Below, in pieces: positions 36,316 through 50,879 of a stretch of 64,000 nucleotides of DNA. Within the stretch, counting starts at the first letter, position 1; each line of letters starts with the position of its first letter. A model generated the notes under the pieces. That model was not told the DNA's origin. It saw only the letters and a list, made by a program, of their open reading frames with translations, and searched no databases. Position numbers and translations under genes: made by a program. The stretch lies in the NCBI GenBank assembly GCA_021613535.1, contig CP075492.1, forward strand, positions 3,720,001 to 3,784,000, given 5' to 3'. Source of the DNA: Adineta vaga. Taxonomy: Eukaryota; Animalia; Rotifera.

Positions 36316-39300
36316 ATGAGTACTAAAGAGACAAGTTTAGAACGATGTATCAAAGATCTATCAGCTAAAAACACCGATTATAAATACCCTGAACAAGCCA
36401 TAAATCAAGCAGAATCATTAAAATCTTTATCAAGTGATTTATATACCGATAATATTCGATTTATTTATGAATTAATACAAAATGCAGATGATGCTCAAGC
36501 AAAACATATTGTTTTAGCAACACTATCCGGCAAGTATTTAGTCATCGCTCATAATGGTAAGTAGGATGTATAATTTATTACATTCTTATCTAAAATATAG
36601 AATAATATATAGGAAAAACATTTGATGAAAAAGATTTACAAGGTCTATGTGGTATTAATAATGGAACGAAAAAAAAAGATCTAAATAAAACTGGTTATAA
36701 AGGTCTAGGATTTAAAGCTGTTTTTGGCAAATCTGATCATGTTCTTATTTATTCGAATGGAGAATATTTTCGTTTTGATGCATCGTATCGAATTCAATGG
36801 ATTCAACAATGGGGAACAATAGATCAACAAACATGGGAGAAAGAAAATGATCGACAGTTTATTTATCCTTGGCAAATCAATCCTGTTTGGACAACTGAAA
36901 ATGAGATTCCACATTTGATTCAAACGTTTATTAATTCAAGAAAAAAACTAATGAATGTCGCTTATATAATTCAATTAACTAATATCGAAGAGATTTATTC
37001 CGCTATTGATCAATTAAAACAACAACCGTATATGTTTCTTTTTCTTCGAAATATATCTGAATTGACATTTCAAACTCAATCAGTCAATATTATTTCAATT
37101 GCTCGACATTCAAGTCATGGCTTAAAACACGTTTCGATCAATAAACAAATCGATTCACAATGGATTATCAAACGAATTGAATTAGATGTTCCAGATGATG
37201 TACGAAAGAAACTCATTGTCGATTCGAAAGCACCGGAAAAATTACAATCGATCAAGCGAGCTGAAATGTTTTTAGCTGCAAAATATGCCGATATGAATAA
37301 TGGAGGAATAGAAAAGTTATCTGACCAAGATTCGATTCTTTTTTCTTATTTACCAACAAAAATTTTCGAATATAAATTTCCTGTTTTAATCAATGCAAAT
37401 TTTCTAACAAATGTCAATCGAGAACAAATTCATACAGGTAAATTTCATTCACTGTCATTCTTATTCGTTTTTCAATTGATTATTTTTTTTTACTCGATTA
37501 GATTCTATTTGGAATCAATGGTTATTTGAAAAGATTGGTTGTGAAATTTTTCAATGGATAACAGAATTAGTTAAAGATCCGAAATTTCGTTATCAAGCTT
37601 ACCGACTAATTCCATCATATTTAACTTCAATGAATAATCTACTATCCAAACGTTTCAACGAGTCATTCACAACAACTATTACAAACTGTCGGTTTATTTT
37701 GAATAGAAAAAATAAATTATTAAAGGTACGCTAGCCATAGTCATAGCATTGATTGTTAACAGACAGTTCTATGAGTGAAACAATGCATTTTAACATTCTC
37801 AACCAAACGCTATGCTGTAATATATGAATTCTATTTAGATAAATGAAGCTATGATGGATTTAACAACACTGTCGAATCAATCATCATTCATCGATGTCAA
37901 TTCAATGCGTCAATATATCATTAATAACACAAGAGATTCCTATTATGCTGATTATCCTTTCATTGATTATGATCCAAATTTAGCACAGATTGGTGTTCAA
38001 CAATTCACTTGGGAACAATGTATTGATATGTTTAAATCGAATATATTTCTTAAAACACACTCTCCCGAACAAAATCGACGAATGATTGAATATTTTTATT
38101 TAAAATTTTCGAAATCAAATTCAAATAATAAAGATATTCATATTGAACAAATACCATTTCTTATGGATCAAAATTATAATTTACAATTAATTAAAAATAT
38201 TTATTTTCCAGCAGAAATCATTGATAATAATGCAACGAGTGATTCCGATGATTTATTTGTCAATAAAATTATTTTTGACTGGTTAAATGAAAAGACTCAA
38301 CGTGTAATAAAACAATGGTTACAAACATTAGGTGTAATTGAACGTACTGATTTAAGTTTTCTATCGAAAACGATTATTCCCAATGCATCAACTTATGCAA
38401 CATTAGAAAATACATTTAAAACGATAAGAATGTTATTTCTATTATTTCAAAAACATGATATTGACAAAAAAGAATTGAATCAATTAAAAAAATTAAAATT
38501 ATTAACAACAGGTGGAAATTTCCTAGCAGCAGATCAATGTTTTTTCTGTGATCAATATAAACCAAGATCACCACTTGAAGATTATCTGAAAACAAAGGAA
38601 GATAGATTTCTTTCTTTCGATTATGTTATCAATAGTAATATCAAAAAAGGAAATGATGATCTAGCTGAATGGCGAAGATTTTTTATTATGATGGGTGTTC
38701 AAGAAGAATTACATCCTATTGTATTCAATCGAAAACTAACACTTTATGAAGCGAAAGAATATGGCTTTCATGACAACTATTTATTGATTCGATCGCCCGA
38801 TGAAAAACATACCGTCGATGCTTATTCTGGACTATCAACGATCGCATTCATTCGACATACAGAAAGTAAGACTATTGATTTTCTCAGCCGGAAATATTAT
38901 TATTCTATATGTAAGAATGTCACACCATTGTTTTTTACATTAAGATAATCACGATTTTGCAAAATTCTTTTGGTCATATGTGATAACGAATATTAGCGTA
39001 GAAACCTTAGCTCAAAACATCCGAATCTATTGGGGTCATGCTGGTAGAAAAGGCGCAACGGAAGGCACTCAATTAGATGATGATTATTATGTAAGTTGGT
39101 TTGTGAAAAATATCAAATGTATACCAACAACAAATGAAACATGTGAATTAGCAAGTCATATATTTGCTGATGTTAAAGAATTGAGAGAATTATGTGGTAA
39201 ATATATGATATTTTCTGTTATAACTTTCCCAAAAGATAGAACAACTTGGAATCATATATTCGATTTTAAAACAAAACTTTCTAGTTCTGATTATTTCGAA

Positions 39301-41018
39301 TTACTTCGACAAATTCATAAAGATGAGAAAAATATTCATGAAAATATCGATCGTATACAAATGATCTATCATCATATATTAAAAGAAATCTATTTTTGGT
39401 CATCAGAAGAACAAAATACAATAAAAAGAAAAGCTAAATCATTGTATTTATTGAGCGAAAATGGTCAGTGGGAATTAGCATGTGATTTGTACGTTTATAT
39501 GGAAGGAAATGTATTAAATAATAATTTAAATGATGCAATTCCATGTTTAAAATTGGATTTTAAGCATCGAAATCATTTACATTTAAAACAATTTTTGGAT
39601 TTACTTGGTGTCAAACAGATTCGAATGAATGATTTTAAACTTGCTGATAAACAATCATCTCCTGCTGAACATTTTCGACAAAAATTAATTGAAATTTCGC
39701 CGTTCTTGAAGAAATGGTTGAAATATTTATCATTTCAATCGAAGATTATTTTAGAGATCGATGAAAAAATTCAGCAAGATAATGATTTTATCGAATCAGA
39801 TTCTTTAGAATTATTTTATCATCAAAAACTTGTTCAAAAAACAAATGTTTATTATGATTTTAAGCATAAACAATTATATATTCGACGTCCATGCGATAGT
39901 GAAACTACATTGATTGAACTTCCATACAAATTATGTCAACTATTGAATATAAATGGATTTGAAAAACATATTCGATTTTTATTAAAAGCAACAATTGAAG
40001 AAATAAAAGCACATTTCATTGCAAATTCAATTTCAGTACCAACAAAAAAAGATATTGTTATTTTAGAATTGTCATCTAAATCTGGTAGACAACGATTTTA
40101 ATTCATCATGAAAAATTTCTTTCTTTCCATTAGAGTCCAAATCATCTACAACACCGACAACTTCCACCCCACTACCCAACGCATCCAATCTTCCAGCAGC
40201 TATTCCTGAACCATCAAAATCTGATTCTACTCTTACCAAAACGGAGTCAAGTATTGAGCAACAGTCGAAACCTACTAAAACAACAGATAGACAACATCAG
40301 ATGACTAATACTACTATTGGCAAACAATCGTCTTATCAATACGTTCCACCATACTGTCCGGAACCTATTTACGGTATTTATAACTTTATTAAATACTATT
40401 TTTTGATTGTTTCTATATAAATATTTCATTTTTATCATTGCAGGACTACAACAAGTACCATATCCATTCGCAGAGAATTGTGAGATGTCATCAGCATCGG
40501 TTTTTATCGAAACAAGAAATGCGCATGTTGATGATATAGAATTAATTGATGTATCGTCTATAACACCATCAGATGTCATATTCTTTGAAAATCAATCGAA
40601 TGGAAATGAAGTATTAAATACTTTAGACTTAATCACTGGACGGATGGGTGAAGAAATGGTGTACAAATATTTATTAGATAAATATAGTCATCATCGAAAT
40701 TCGGTATGTATCAAATGGGAAAATGGACATGGCGAAACATTTAAACCTCATGACATATTGTTAATTCAAAATGGAATTACATATTTCATAGAAGTGAAGT
40801 CAACACGAACATATAATCAGCATTTATTTCCATTATCAATCAGTCAAATTGAAGCATTTTCAAAATATAAAGAAAATTATTTCATATACCGGGTTTATGT
40901 CGATGAAAGGAAATTCATCATCCTAGATAATATTCGATGGCGTTTAATGGAAAAACAGCATTTGTCTTGCTTTTTGAAAATCACACCAGCATTACCTAAC
41001 GAAACTATTTCATCATGA
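36316..41018 (+). CDS. Sacsin/NO VEIN-like protein: GHKL (HSP90-like) ATPase + C-terminal DUF3883 PD-(D/E)xK-like domain, multi-exon
   Basis: RFIYELIQNADDA, HNG..F.EKDLQGLC, TGYKGLGFKAVF, FPVLINANF; C-terminal TGRMGEEMVY..W..PHDI..FIEVKST. ORFs are joined by short GT-AG introns. Confidence 0.88.
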
Positions 41019-41462
41019 AACTCAAGTGATACTTCTCAGTTTTCTTTGTAATTAATCATTTCCAATATAAAATATTTATATTTTCGTCAAGAATTAAATC
41101 TATCGAAGTTATACATATAAACTTAATTTTATTTGAGTTGTCTCATAAGAAATTTGTGCATTGTTGTTGAGGTTTGCAAAGAAAAACAAATGCCTTATAA
41201 TTACTGTTCTGTTTTACATCTTTTTTTACTTCGCCTTGAAAGAAACGACTATTACTCGCATCATATTCATTTCTCTTAAAACTTGTTTCAAACACGTCTG
41301 GCAGCTTCAAATTTAGCTAACTGCTTTTTTTCTTACATGCCATATTATGTTGTTTCCAACAAACATTTTATATAATTAAAAAAAAAAGTTTCACATTTTT
41401 TTCCTATGGTAATAGTCAAATACCTTTAGTCATTTCTTTGTGAACTACCTGTCAGTTTTATA

Positions 41463-44400
41463 ATGGATAATTTTCAAATCATTCGCCAACGTTTAGGCGA
41501 CCTAAACTATTTTGATTCGAAAACAGAAGATATTCATATGAAAAGAAATGAAATCCTTTCGACAAGAATTTATATTTTGCTTCTGCTGATCATCGTAATT
41601 CTTTTTGGATTATACATATCATTAATTTCCCAAACAAGTATCATCACTATTCAAAGACCAACACAAGAACAAATCGAACAATTGAAGATTAAATATGCAA
41701 ATAAATTACAATGTCCATGTAAACAAATATCGATTTCATATAGGCGATTTATCGAGATCAATCCACGATTTGATGAAATTTGTCTTTCAGAATTTGTTAG
41801 TCAAAAATGGATTGATTATTTATTTTATGAAAATACAAGTTATTATTTTCAATTAGATTTTCGTCATAGTGCATCATCAAAATTTCAAATTCTTCGAACC
41901 TTATGTCAGCAAGCTCAACTTACAATAAATGATAGTCTGGAACAATTCTATTCTACTCAATTTTTCAGTAATCAATTGATTCCCAGAAATATTTTTGATG
42001 TTCAAATAGATTCGTTTTTTGGTTTATTTAAACTGACAACAGAGTCATTATTTCGAACTTTATTAAAATTAATTCGACATACCATCACATCGAATGAATT
42101 ATTTTCAGGTATTGAAATGCATTTTGTACTTCAAGTTTATTCCCGGCGTTATCTATACATTTATATGGATAATATTTACTATTATCAAGAATATGAACAA
42201 GAAAAATGGTTTGATTGTTACTGTGATGATTTTACGATATGTGAATTACCTGAAGGTATTTATTCGAATATGAACATGTACGATTATGCTGGTTCGTATT
42301 GGAGTAATAATACATATGTCAATGCAAGTACAAATGTAATAAATGCAACTTTTTCAATTCCTGGCATGTTTGCTAGTTGTAAACATATCGAATCCTTAAT
42401 GCATTCAACAAGTGAATGTTTATCGGACCAATTGTGTTTAAATCAAATTGGTTCCTCTATTAATTTTTCTCTAATACCAATTAGCTCTTTTTCAGTACTC
42501 AATCAATCGTATTTAAAACGTAATCAGACAATGGAAATACTAGCAAATGATTTATTTGTCGAAGATTGGATTATCAGTAAATCTTATCAAGCCTATTTTG
42601 ATCAGTGTCAACCACTATATTGTCAATTTATCGACACCGAAAAATATACTTTTATCTATGTTTTAACAGCCGTAATTTCTCTCTATGGTGGACTTCGAGG
42701 ATTACTTGCTTATTTTATTCCAGTTACTATTGCTTTCATTAGAAAGAAGAAAATACAATCATCAGTAACTAATACTGTTGTTATCGTTCATAGTAAATAA
42801 TTCTTCCCATCATTGTCAACAAAAACATTGAATACCTTTTCTTTTTCTATCTATTTAGTATCGAGATTGACTCGGTTTTTAATGATATTTCGATCTGTAA
42901 GATCATCAATTGTGCGATTGAATATATTCAATAGTTATTCGTCTGATGAACATATACAAAGAAATGAAATAATTATATCAAAAATATATTTAATTGCTTT
43001 AATAATCTGCTTAATTGGTTTTGGTACTTCAATATACATAGAAAATCAATCGAAAACATTATATATTTATAATCCAACACGTCTTCAATTTGAACAATTC
43101 AAAAATCAATCTGTTACTGACCTACAATGTCCTTGCAGTAAAATTTCCAATAAATATTCTCGATTTCTTAGTGTTAATCCAACTTATCATCAGATCTGTA
43201 ATAGTGTTTTTGTTTCCAATTTATGGTATAATTCTTATGAAATTTGGGACATCCCGTTTCCATGCGCTTATCCATCATTTGCAAATTTAGCATCGTTTTA
43301 CTTTTCATTTCTCTCCATTTTTTGTCAAACAGCACATCAAACAATTTATAGTAACCTTGCACAAATTGACTCAACGGATTATGTAACATCAGAAGTTATT
43401 CTTGAAAATCAATTTAATAATGAAATGATATCATTCATTGAACTATTTCAAACAAGATTACAAACATCTTTTCGTGGACAATTAAGTTTAATTCAAACAG
43501 TTATTTTCACCAATCAAATTATCTCATCAAAAGCAACAAATGTACTTTTTTATGTAGATACTGTGAATGGTACTGCTAGAGTAGATCCACATTTAACTAC
43601 TCATGATAATTGTACTTGTGGAACTAATCCAAAATGTCATACAAATATTACCTTATGTTCAGCAAATAGATTGAATTCTATCCAAGGTATGTATGTCGGC
43701 TGTTTTATGGTTGATTCATTATTAATATCAACAATGGAATGTTTCTTTAATCAAACATGTATAGATGTAATCAAATCTTATATGATAAATACTTCAGAAT
43801 TATATCAACAATTAGATATATTGAATAGTTCTGTAATCAGTACATATAAAACGAATGAAACAATTGGAACACTTGTTGGCAATCTATTTATTGAAAAATG
43901 GAATGAATTCTATTCATATGAACAATATTATAATCAATGTGGACCAGCATTTTGTTCGTATACAATTCAACAACATCCTGATCTGATTTATGTATTAGCA
44001 AAATTAATTGGTTTATATGGAGGTTTAACTTTTCTTCTGGGTTTTATAATCCCACATATCGTAATAATATTCCGAAGAAAGAGAGATCAATATTCAAGTA
44101 AAATCTTTTCTTTAATATTTGATCATTTCGATTGATTTTTCATCTAGGTCTCTCCTTAACAGATCGATTTGGTAGTTATTATCAATTGACTAAAGCGAAA
44201 TTGATTCAAATGAATTTATTCGAAAGTAATCGAACAGATGAAGAACATGTTCGAAAAGAACTCTTTACAACCCGATTATATATTCTCATTTTTATGCTTA
44301 TACTATTTACATTAGTTTTATATACATCATTGATTCCGAAATCAATTACAGTAAATATTTCATTAACATATCTAAATCATTATCAACAACTTCAAATCAA

Positions 44401-45364
44401 ATATGAAAATACATTAGTTTGTCCTTGTAATGAAATTGTCGTTTCATATCGAGATTTTCTTGATCTTCAACCCAGTTTTCATGAAATTTGTCGATCAGAT
44501 TTTATAAGTCAACAATGGATTGAATATTTATACGATGAAGAATATTACAATAATCAAAATTATCAAGCAACAGCATCAGCACAATTTCAAGTTCTTGCTT
44601 ATTTATGTAAATTAACAGAAGAAACAATTCGAATTGGTCTCATACAATTCTATGCAACAAAATTAATAACAAATGAATTTCCTTCCTATTCATTATTTCA
44701 AAATCAAACAGATGCGATTGTTAAAATTTTTCAAAAATCTCTTTCACAAATATTCAAACGACCATTTGATATGACACGAGAGATTATTCAAGGTAATGCT
44801 TTCATGTCTGTTTATCAAACTAACTGGAAATTTACAATTCTAAAAACAACTAATTGGTCACCAATTTATACAAATCCAATTACTTATAATCATTCATGTA
44901 GTTGCGGAACATCATCGAAATGTATTGAATCAGTTCGAATTAATAATACGATTGTTGATGGATTATACATTGGTTGTTATCCAGTTGATACAATGTTACA
45001 ATCATCACTTCAATGTTTTTATAATCAGACATGTTTACAAATGATTTTATCGTATTTTGGAGAAGTACCTGAAAATATGACATTTCGAAGACTTTCAATA
45101 AAAAATCGTTTTGGAATAAATGAAAAAATTGAACAAATGGTCGATCGATTATTTCTTGATCAATGGTTTATTAATCGATCATATGAAAATTATTTTCGAA
45201 AATGTCAACCAACATACTGTACTTATTCATATATACAAAATTTTGATATACTTTATATTATCACAACAATCCTCAGTCTCTATGATGGATTAACTGTTCT
45301 GTTGAAATTTCTTGTACCTTTTTTGATTTATTTAATCTTTCGAATTTCTTGCAAAAGACAATGA
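41463..45364 (+). CDS. ~1,260-aa membrane protein made of three homologous TM/Cys-rich ectodomain/TM units
   Basis: Three ORFs share R/K.Y..L TM, CPC..I..Y..F....P....IC.S.F.S..W, C.C, G....C, LF...W....Y..Y...C.P..C and LY.GL TM. In-frame phase-1 introns at 42793-42858 and 44098-44147. Confidence 0.8.
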
Positions 45365-45658
45365 GAAGGTTATTTTCATCATAATAGAATAAAGGATTGC
45401 ACCATACAAACTATTGACATTCCTGTGTTGTCAGAAAGTAACAAATATCGTATTATTCACTTTCTGTCTTTCTTTCTTACTAGTTAGCTATAACTTATGT
45501 GTTGACTGATTCATCGATCTATACTTTCATTTCGATGATGCAATATCCAACGGAAAACAATGACACGTGTTTTACTCAACGATGATTCATTTTAAGTTTC
45601 TTCTTGGGTATATAATACGAGTAAATGAGTCTTTTTCGTCAGTAATAAACGTCGTTAA

Positions 45659-46029
45659 ATGGCAAGAATAGCTTTACGATCAGCTGAACAAAACTGGAAT
45701 ATTGGTGGTAGTAGTGATGAAGAATGGAAAGGATGGCATCATGTAGAATCTCAAGATAATTTCTGGGGATGTGGAAATAACATTGGAATGACTTTACAAA
45801 AAGGTAGGAGACTGTCTACTAATTGATTTTGTCACCATTTCTTTTGATTATAGGTGATATGACTTGTACATATCGTGCTTCATATTATCATCCCGATTTT
45901 AGTTTGGTGAAATTAAATGGTAAATCAGCGAGTGGTTCATTTGCTTATGATCGCAGTAAATCAAAAGCTGAAGTATATAATGCATTCGTCGATTTTATTG
46001 AGAAACAAATTACGGAACAAAATGCATAA
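45659..46029 (+). CDS. Small (~106 aa) hypothetical protein, two exons
   Basis: ATG at 45659 (MARIALRSAEQNWNIGG..), 50-bp intron 45804-45853 in frame with GDMTCTYRASYYHPDF..; AATAAA downstream. Confidence 0.7.
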
Positions 46030-46519
46030 TAGATCGATAAAGACAATTCCATAATTCTAATTAATCATTTTCTGTTGCAAATAAAGACACAAAAAGATAC
46101 GACTGTTCTTTTTTGTATTCGATTTCATTCGATAAGAATCATGACTGAAGAATGTAGGTCAAGTTATATATCTCTTTTTTGTTCCTGAGACAATTCAACA
46201 ATAAGAAATGATACAGAAGTAGATTCGTTCGAATTTCACGATATTTAATATAAACAATATCAGAATAGCCAATACATACCATTTTACCTTTTGTATACGT
46301 ATTTCTTACATACATGGGTTTGAGCGTATAATTAAATTTAGAAAAAGGGCATTTTGTGAATAAGGATTTAAATTGAAAAGAATCTCACCTCCAATTGACA
46401 TTTCAGTACAAGGAATATTTTCTTTCTTATACCTACCGACATGAGATCGAATGATTCCAGTGTTTAACCGTAGCACGAAATATATTTTCTTTTTATGCAT
46501 CAAATAGAAAAGAGAGCTA

Positions 46520-47098
46520 TACTGAATAGCACAACATTACCAACAGTGGTGTTCGGTTTAATTTGCGAAGTCAATCGAATTAGTGTTTATATATGGCCTG
46601 TCTTAATAACATTAATAACGCTAACAAATAGGATGACTATTATCGTGCTCTCTTATCGACCACTTCGATCATATCATCAGTATGGATCGTTTATGTGCAA
46701 GTTCAGTATCAGTATGGTTACGTAGATTTATTACTGTATATGTAGCACAATGAGCGATTATTATTACTAGTTTTATAATACTAATTTCTATGATCCCATT
46801 TCTTGTTGGGATGACGATAAAAATCAATGTTCACAATATTCATCAACACTCATTTCTATTTAACTGTCTATATAGTCGAGTTATTTTGTATTATGTAATT
46901 GAACCATTGATATTGATTATATTTTGTTCGAATCGTCGTTTTGCAGACAATCAATTAACTTGTGTTGTAATTGTTCAAATTGGTATACATTTACTCTTTT
47001 CTTTACCTGCTGATGTTACTTATATAATGACAACATTCGTTTTTGGTATTCGAATAGTATCTGTTTTGAGGCAACTGCGTTTCGGGAAGAATTTCTAA
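46520..47098 (+). pseudogene. Degraded GPCR relic
   Basis: TM1-like ISVYIWPVLI..N.MTIIVL..RPLRS and TM6-like RFADNQLTCVVIVQIGIHLLFSLP, with internal stops and deletions. Confidence 0.55.
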
Positions 47099-48177
47099 AA
47101 TTATTGAAACTAAATAATCTAAACAAACAGACAATCGTTAATCCCCCGATTCACATTCAAGGACGTCTCCTCAAACCCTATAAAATACGTGACACTCTAG
47201 TGTATAAGTAAGATGCTTAGAAAACAACACAACATGTAAGAAATATTCTTTTTAACCTCGCTATTTATTTAATTATTTGAATATTTTTATCCTTGTTCTT
47301 GTTTTTTCTTTCTTTAAACTTCTAGGAACACATCGTGGATGCAGCTTGACATGACGTTATCTTTCGATGCTCACATTATTAATCGTCTCAAGCCACTTTC
47401 TAAACTTATGTAAAACATTTTCTCAGAATGAAATTGGCGGACACTTTATTCTAGTACGATATGAACAAAATAGATATAACTTTTATTCAAAGTATGTCCT
47501 TTTTCTCTCTTCATTCGATGTCAATATAAAACCGGATATGCATGTAGACACCGTTTTGTATCTCATTCTTCCATTGGAAGAGATAATGGAATAGTATTTA
47601 TCTGTTATTTTAAAAGTAGAAAGTATGTCGGTGTAATCATGAAATCATGCTGAGTCATAGTTATTTTCTCATCAATTACCTCAATGTAATGATTCAAAGT
47701 GAAAGATTTACTCTGCAATCTATTGACATGAAATATTTGATTAGAAGGAATTGTAAATTATTTTTACATATAGTGTTATGTGAATAATAAGAACAAGGTC
47801 TCTCATCTTGAAAAACGAAGCCACAAAATCGACTAGAATCAGAACATTCTCTCAGGATAAGTTGAATTTTTTACATTTCATCATATCTACGTAATTCATA
47901 TAAACAAAGAGGAAGCGATATCTATATCTGAATCGCTTTTACATCTCTTTTGTTAATTCTTTATCAGGCACTAGAGGGTGTGAACATCCCATCTTCAGCC
48001 ACATCGTTAAAAAAGTTGTTTAATTTTTTTATCCGCATGAAAATCAACGAATTGTATCCCTTAAAAATATTCCTCCTTTCAAATAAATTCTTTACTCGTT
48101 TATTTTCTTTCAAATCTTTTCCACTTAATATAAAACTTGATCGGGATAAACAGTCGAAAAACTTCTTTCCAAATATA

Positions 48178-49050
48178 CTATAATCGAACAGTTTTATCAT
48201 CTACGATTCCAAAAATGGATTCCATTGGATCTTTATATTTAACAAAGCCACAGGCCGGTTCTGATATTCCATATCCAAGAACACGTAATTCTTCGGCAGT
48301 TAATTGAAGTTCTTTACATCGTTCAGGTGGAACCATAAGATATTCATTTTCAGCTTGTCGATAATATCCTTTAGCCATAAATATACCTGCAGTTTCACGT
48401 CGTTCATCTTCGGTAATATTTGCTCCTCCAGCATGATAAAGATTTCCAAGAAAAATCGTTGCATCACCAGGTTCTAACTCAGCTGGCAAAGCTTCTTCTA
48501 CTAAAGGTATACGATGTTCATCTGTCCATAGATGTGAACCAGGAATAACAATAGTTGCTCCATTATTCTTATGTGTACGTGTTAGAGCAGTTACACAACC
48601 GATCATTACTGGCCAATCACAAGGTCGACTATGCAAATCAGTACAATCACGATGAAGCGCTTGTTGTTTACCACCGGGATTAACACGAAAACCAACGGTA
48701 GAAGAAATAATTGGTTTTGAAGTAACAATGGTTTTCGTTGAACCAAGATAAAATGTATAAGTTGATGTCAATAAACGATTTGCTACTGATAAAAATAATG
48801 GATGCATAGCTAAATCGACACATGCCCGTGATATTCCAAAAAGACCAGTCGCTCGTTGTGTTGTAGATGGAAAAAAACCTGATTGATCAATAATATCAGT
48901 ATCAAAATGAGGTTCAAGATCATTTTTTACTCGTTCAATATGATCTTTCGTAAACATCCCATTAACAATAACCACACCATCACGCTGAAGATAATCTAAT
49001 ATGTCATCTGCAGCCGTTTTTGACGCAGCAGATATTCGTGCAATACTCAT
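48178..49050 (-). CDS. Phytanoyl-CoA dioxygenase (PhyH)-family Fe(II)/2-oxoglutarate dioxygenase, fungal-like
   Basis: PGGKQQALHRD (HxD), NGATIVIPGSHLW, LYHAGGAN..R, YRQAENEYL, LGY. Intronless. Confidence 0.9.
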   Translation of the reverse strand: MSIARISAASKTAADDILDYLQRDGVVIVNGMFTKDHIERVKNDLEPHFDTDIIDQSGFFPSTTQRATGLFGISRACVDLAMHPLFLSVANRLLTSTYTFYLGSTKTIVTSKPIISSTVGFRVNPGGKQQALHRDCTDLHSRPCDWPVMIGCVTALTRTHKNNGATIVIPGSHLWTDEHRIPLVEEALPAELEPGDATIFLGNLYHAGGANITEDERRETAGIFMAKGYYRQAENEYLMVPPERCKELQLTAEELRVLGYGISEPACGFVKYKDPMESIFGIVDDKTVRL

Positions 49051-49532
49051 TGGTAAAGAAAACAAATGCTTCACTATTTGAATAAATGATAACATAGTGA
49101 TACACATATTTATCTCAATTTCATTCGAACGAAAAAGAAAAGAATAAAAACCTTTATGTCACATAAAAGGTGCACAAAACTATTCTTCGATATTTTATTT
49201 CTCTTCAACACCCTCAAAATCAAATCATTAATGTATTCATTACATCTCTGTTTGATTCATTGAAATAGATTCATATTAAATTGTCAGTTAACATTATATT
49301 TCCATTGATGAAGTCTTTTATGATCGATATGTCTCATCTTATTATCTTCTTATTTAGTAATTCTAGTGTACAATCATACTTTGAAGAGGTTTTTTGTTAT
49401 AATTATATGTAAAGATTTTCTTAGATATGAATAATTAATGAGACGAAAGGCAAAAAAAAAGAAGAATATTCTTTTAGACCTTTATTTAAGTTCAAACTGT
49501 AAGAACTTTGTTCATCACAAAACGTAATAACG

Positions 49533-50603
49533 ATGTCGAATGTAGATGCACTTGTAAGTGCAACAACATCATTTAATAAATATACACCAATGCCCGTATT
49601 TGTTCTTGGTTTATTTGGAAATCTAATGAATTTATTGATCTTTCGTCGTCGATCATTAGTTAATAATCCTTGTACGATTTATCTATTCAGTGCAACAATA
49701 ATGAATACAAGTATTTTATTTTTTGGTTTATTAATTCGTACATTAATGGATGGTTTTGATATAGATATTGTGGGAAATAATTTAGTTATTTGTCGTTTAC
49801 GATATATTCTTCTACATCCAAGTTATGTTCTATCATCATGGTTTCTTGTTTGCGGTAGTATAGATCGATTTTGTATTAGTTCACGTAGTGCTCGACTTAG
49901 AAATTTTAGTAATATGAAGAATGCACGTCGAACTGTTCTGATTTGTATTTGTATTGGAGTATTATTATATTGTCACGTAATTATTTTATTTGATATAGAA
50001 AATCGTAAATCAGGACCATATTGTTATGCACAAGTTGGATTATATCGAGTTATTTATGATTTTCTCTTCTTTGCATCATTCAGTCTTTTACCTCCATTCT
50101 TCATGATGATTGTTGGTTTATTAACTGTACGAAATGTTCGTTTAGTACGTGTTCGAACTGGTCCAACAACATCGAATGTTAGTTCATTAAATCGAAAAGA
50201 TCGACAATTAATTTTAATGCTTTTAATTCAATTAATTAGTACAATTATTTGTACATTACCACATGCAATTCAAAAATTATATGCAACATTCACTGTTAAT
50301 GATACCAAAGATGCTTATCGATTAGCAATTGAAAGTTTAGTATCACAATTGACAAGACAATTATTATATATCAATGCAAGTATTGGTTTTTATTTGTAAG
50401 TATTGAATTTTTTCTTTTGAAAAAGAATTTATTGATTACATGATTGTTTTAGATATATTTCATTATCATCAAGTGCTTTTCGTCAGGAATTTTATCAAAT
50501 CATTCGATGTTCATTTGATAGTTTTCCTTTTATCAATCGTTTCTGTCAAAACAAAACAAATGTCGAAAGTCAAGGAACAAATACAATTCAAATGAATCAA
50601 TAA
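49533..50603 (+). CDS. Rhodopsin-class orphan GPCR (two exons)
   Basis: GLFGN, NPCTIYL, ICRLR, SIDRF, RKDRQLILML. Intron 50396-50452 in TM7, then YISLSSSAFRQE..stop. Confidence 0.88.
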
Positions 50604-50879
50604 ATATACATTCACAAACTTATTACCTGTTGTATTACCTTGTTTTTTTTTATAAATAAAAAAGTGATATATTCCTGGATGAAGAGTTTTGATATGTATT
50701 CAGTTCACTGATACGTGATTAATAGAAAGGACAACGATATGCATCGCTGAATTTTGTTATTTTTAATTAATGAAATTTATTATTGGAAAATGGAACAAAC
50801 AAAAGTGAACGAGATTATATGTTTTAGTTTAAATGTTTTTTTTCCTCATGAAATCGTAGTTTCAATCAATTGAATTTTG

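Noticed and set aside
47964-48200. Short ORFs and a CTGAAGA motif as a possible hammerhead ribozyme or Penelope end
   Set aside because: No GAAA core follows stem II, and the region is the 3' flank of the PhyH gene.
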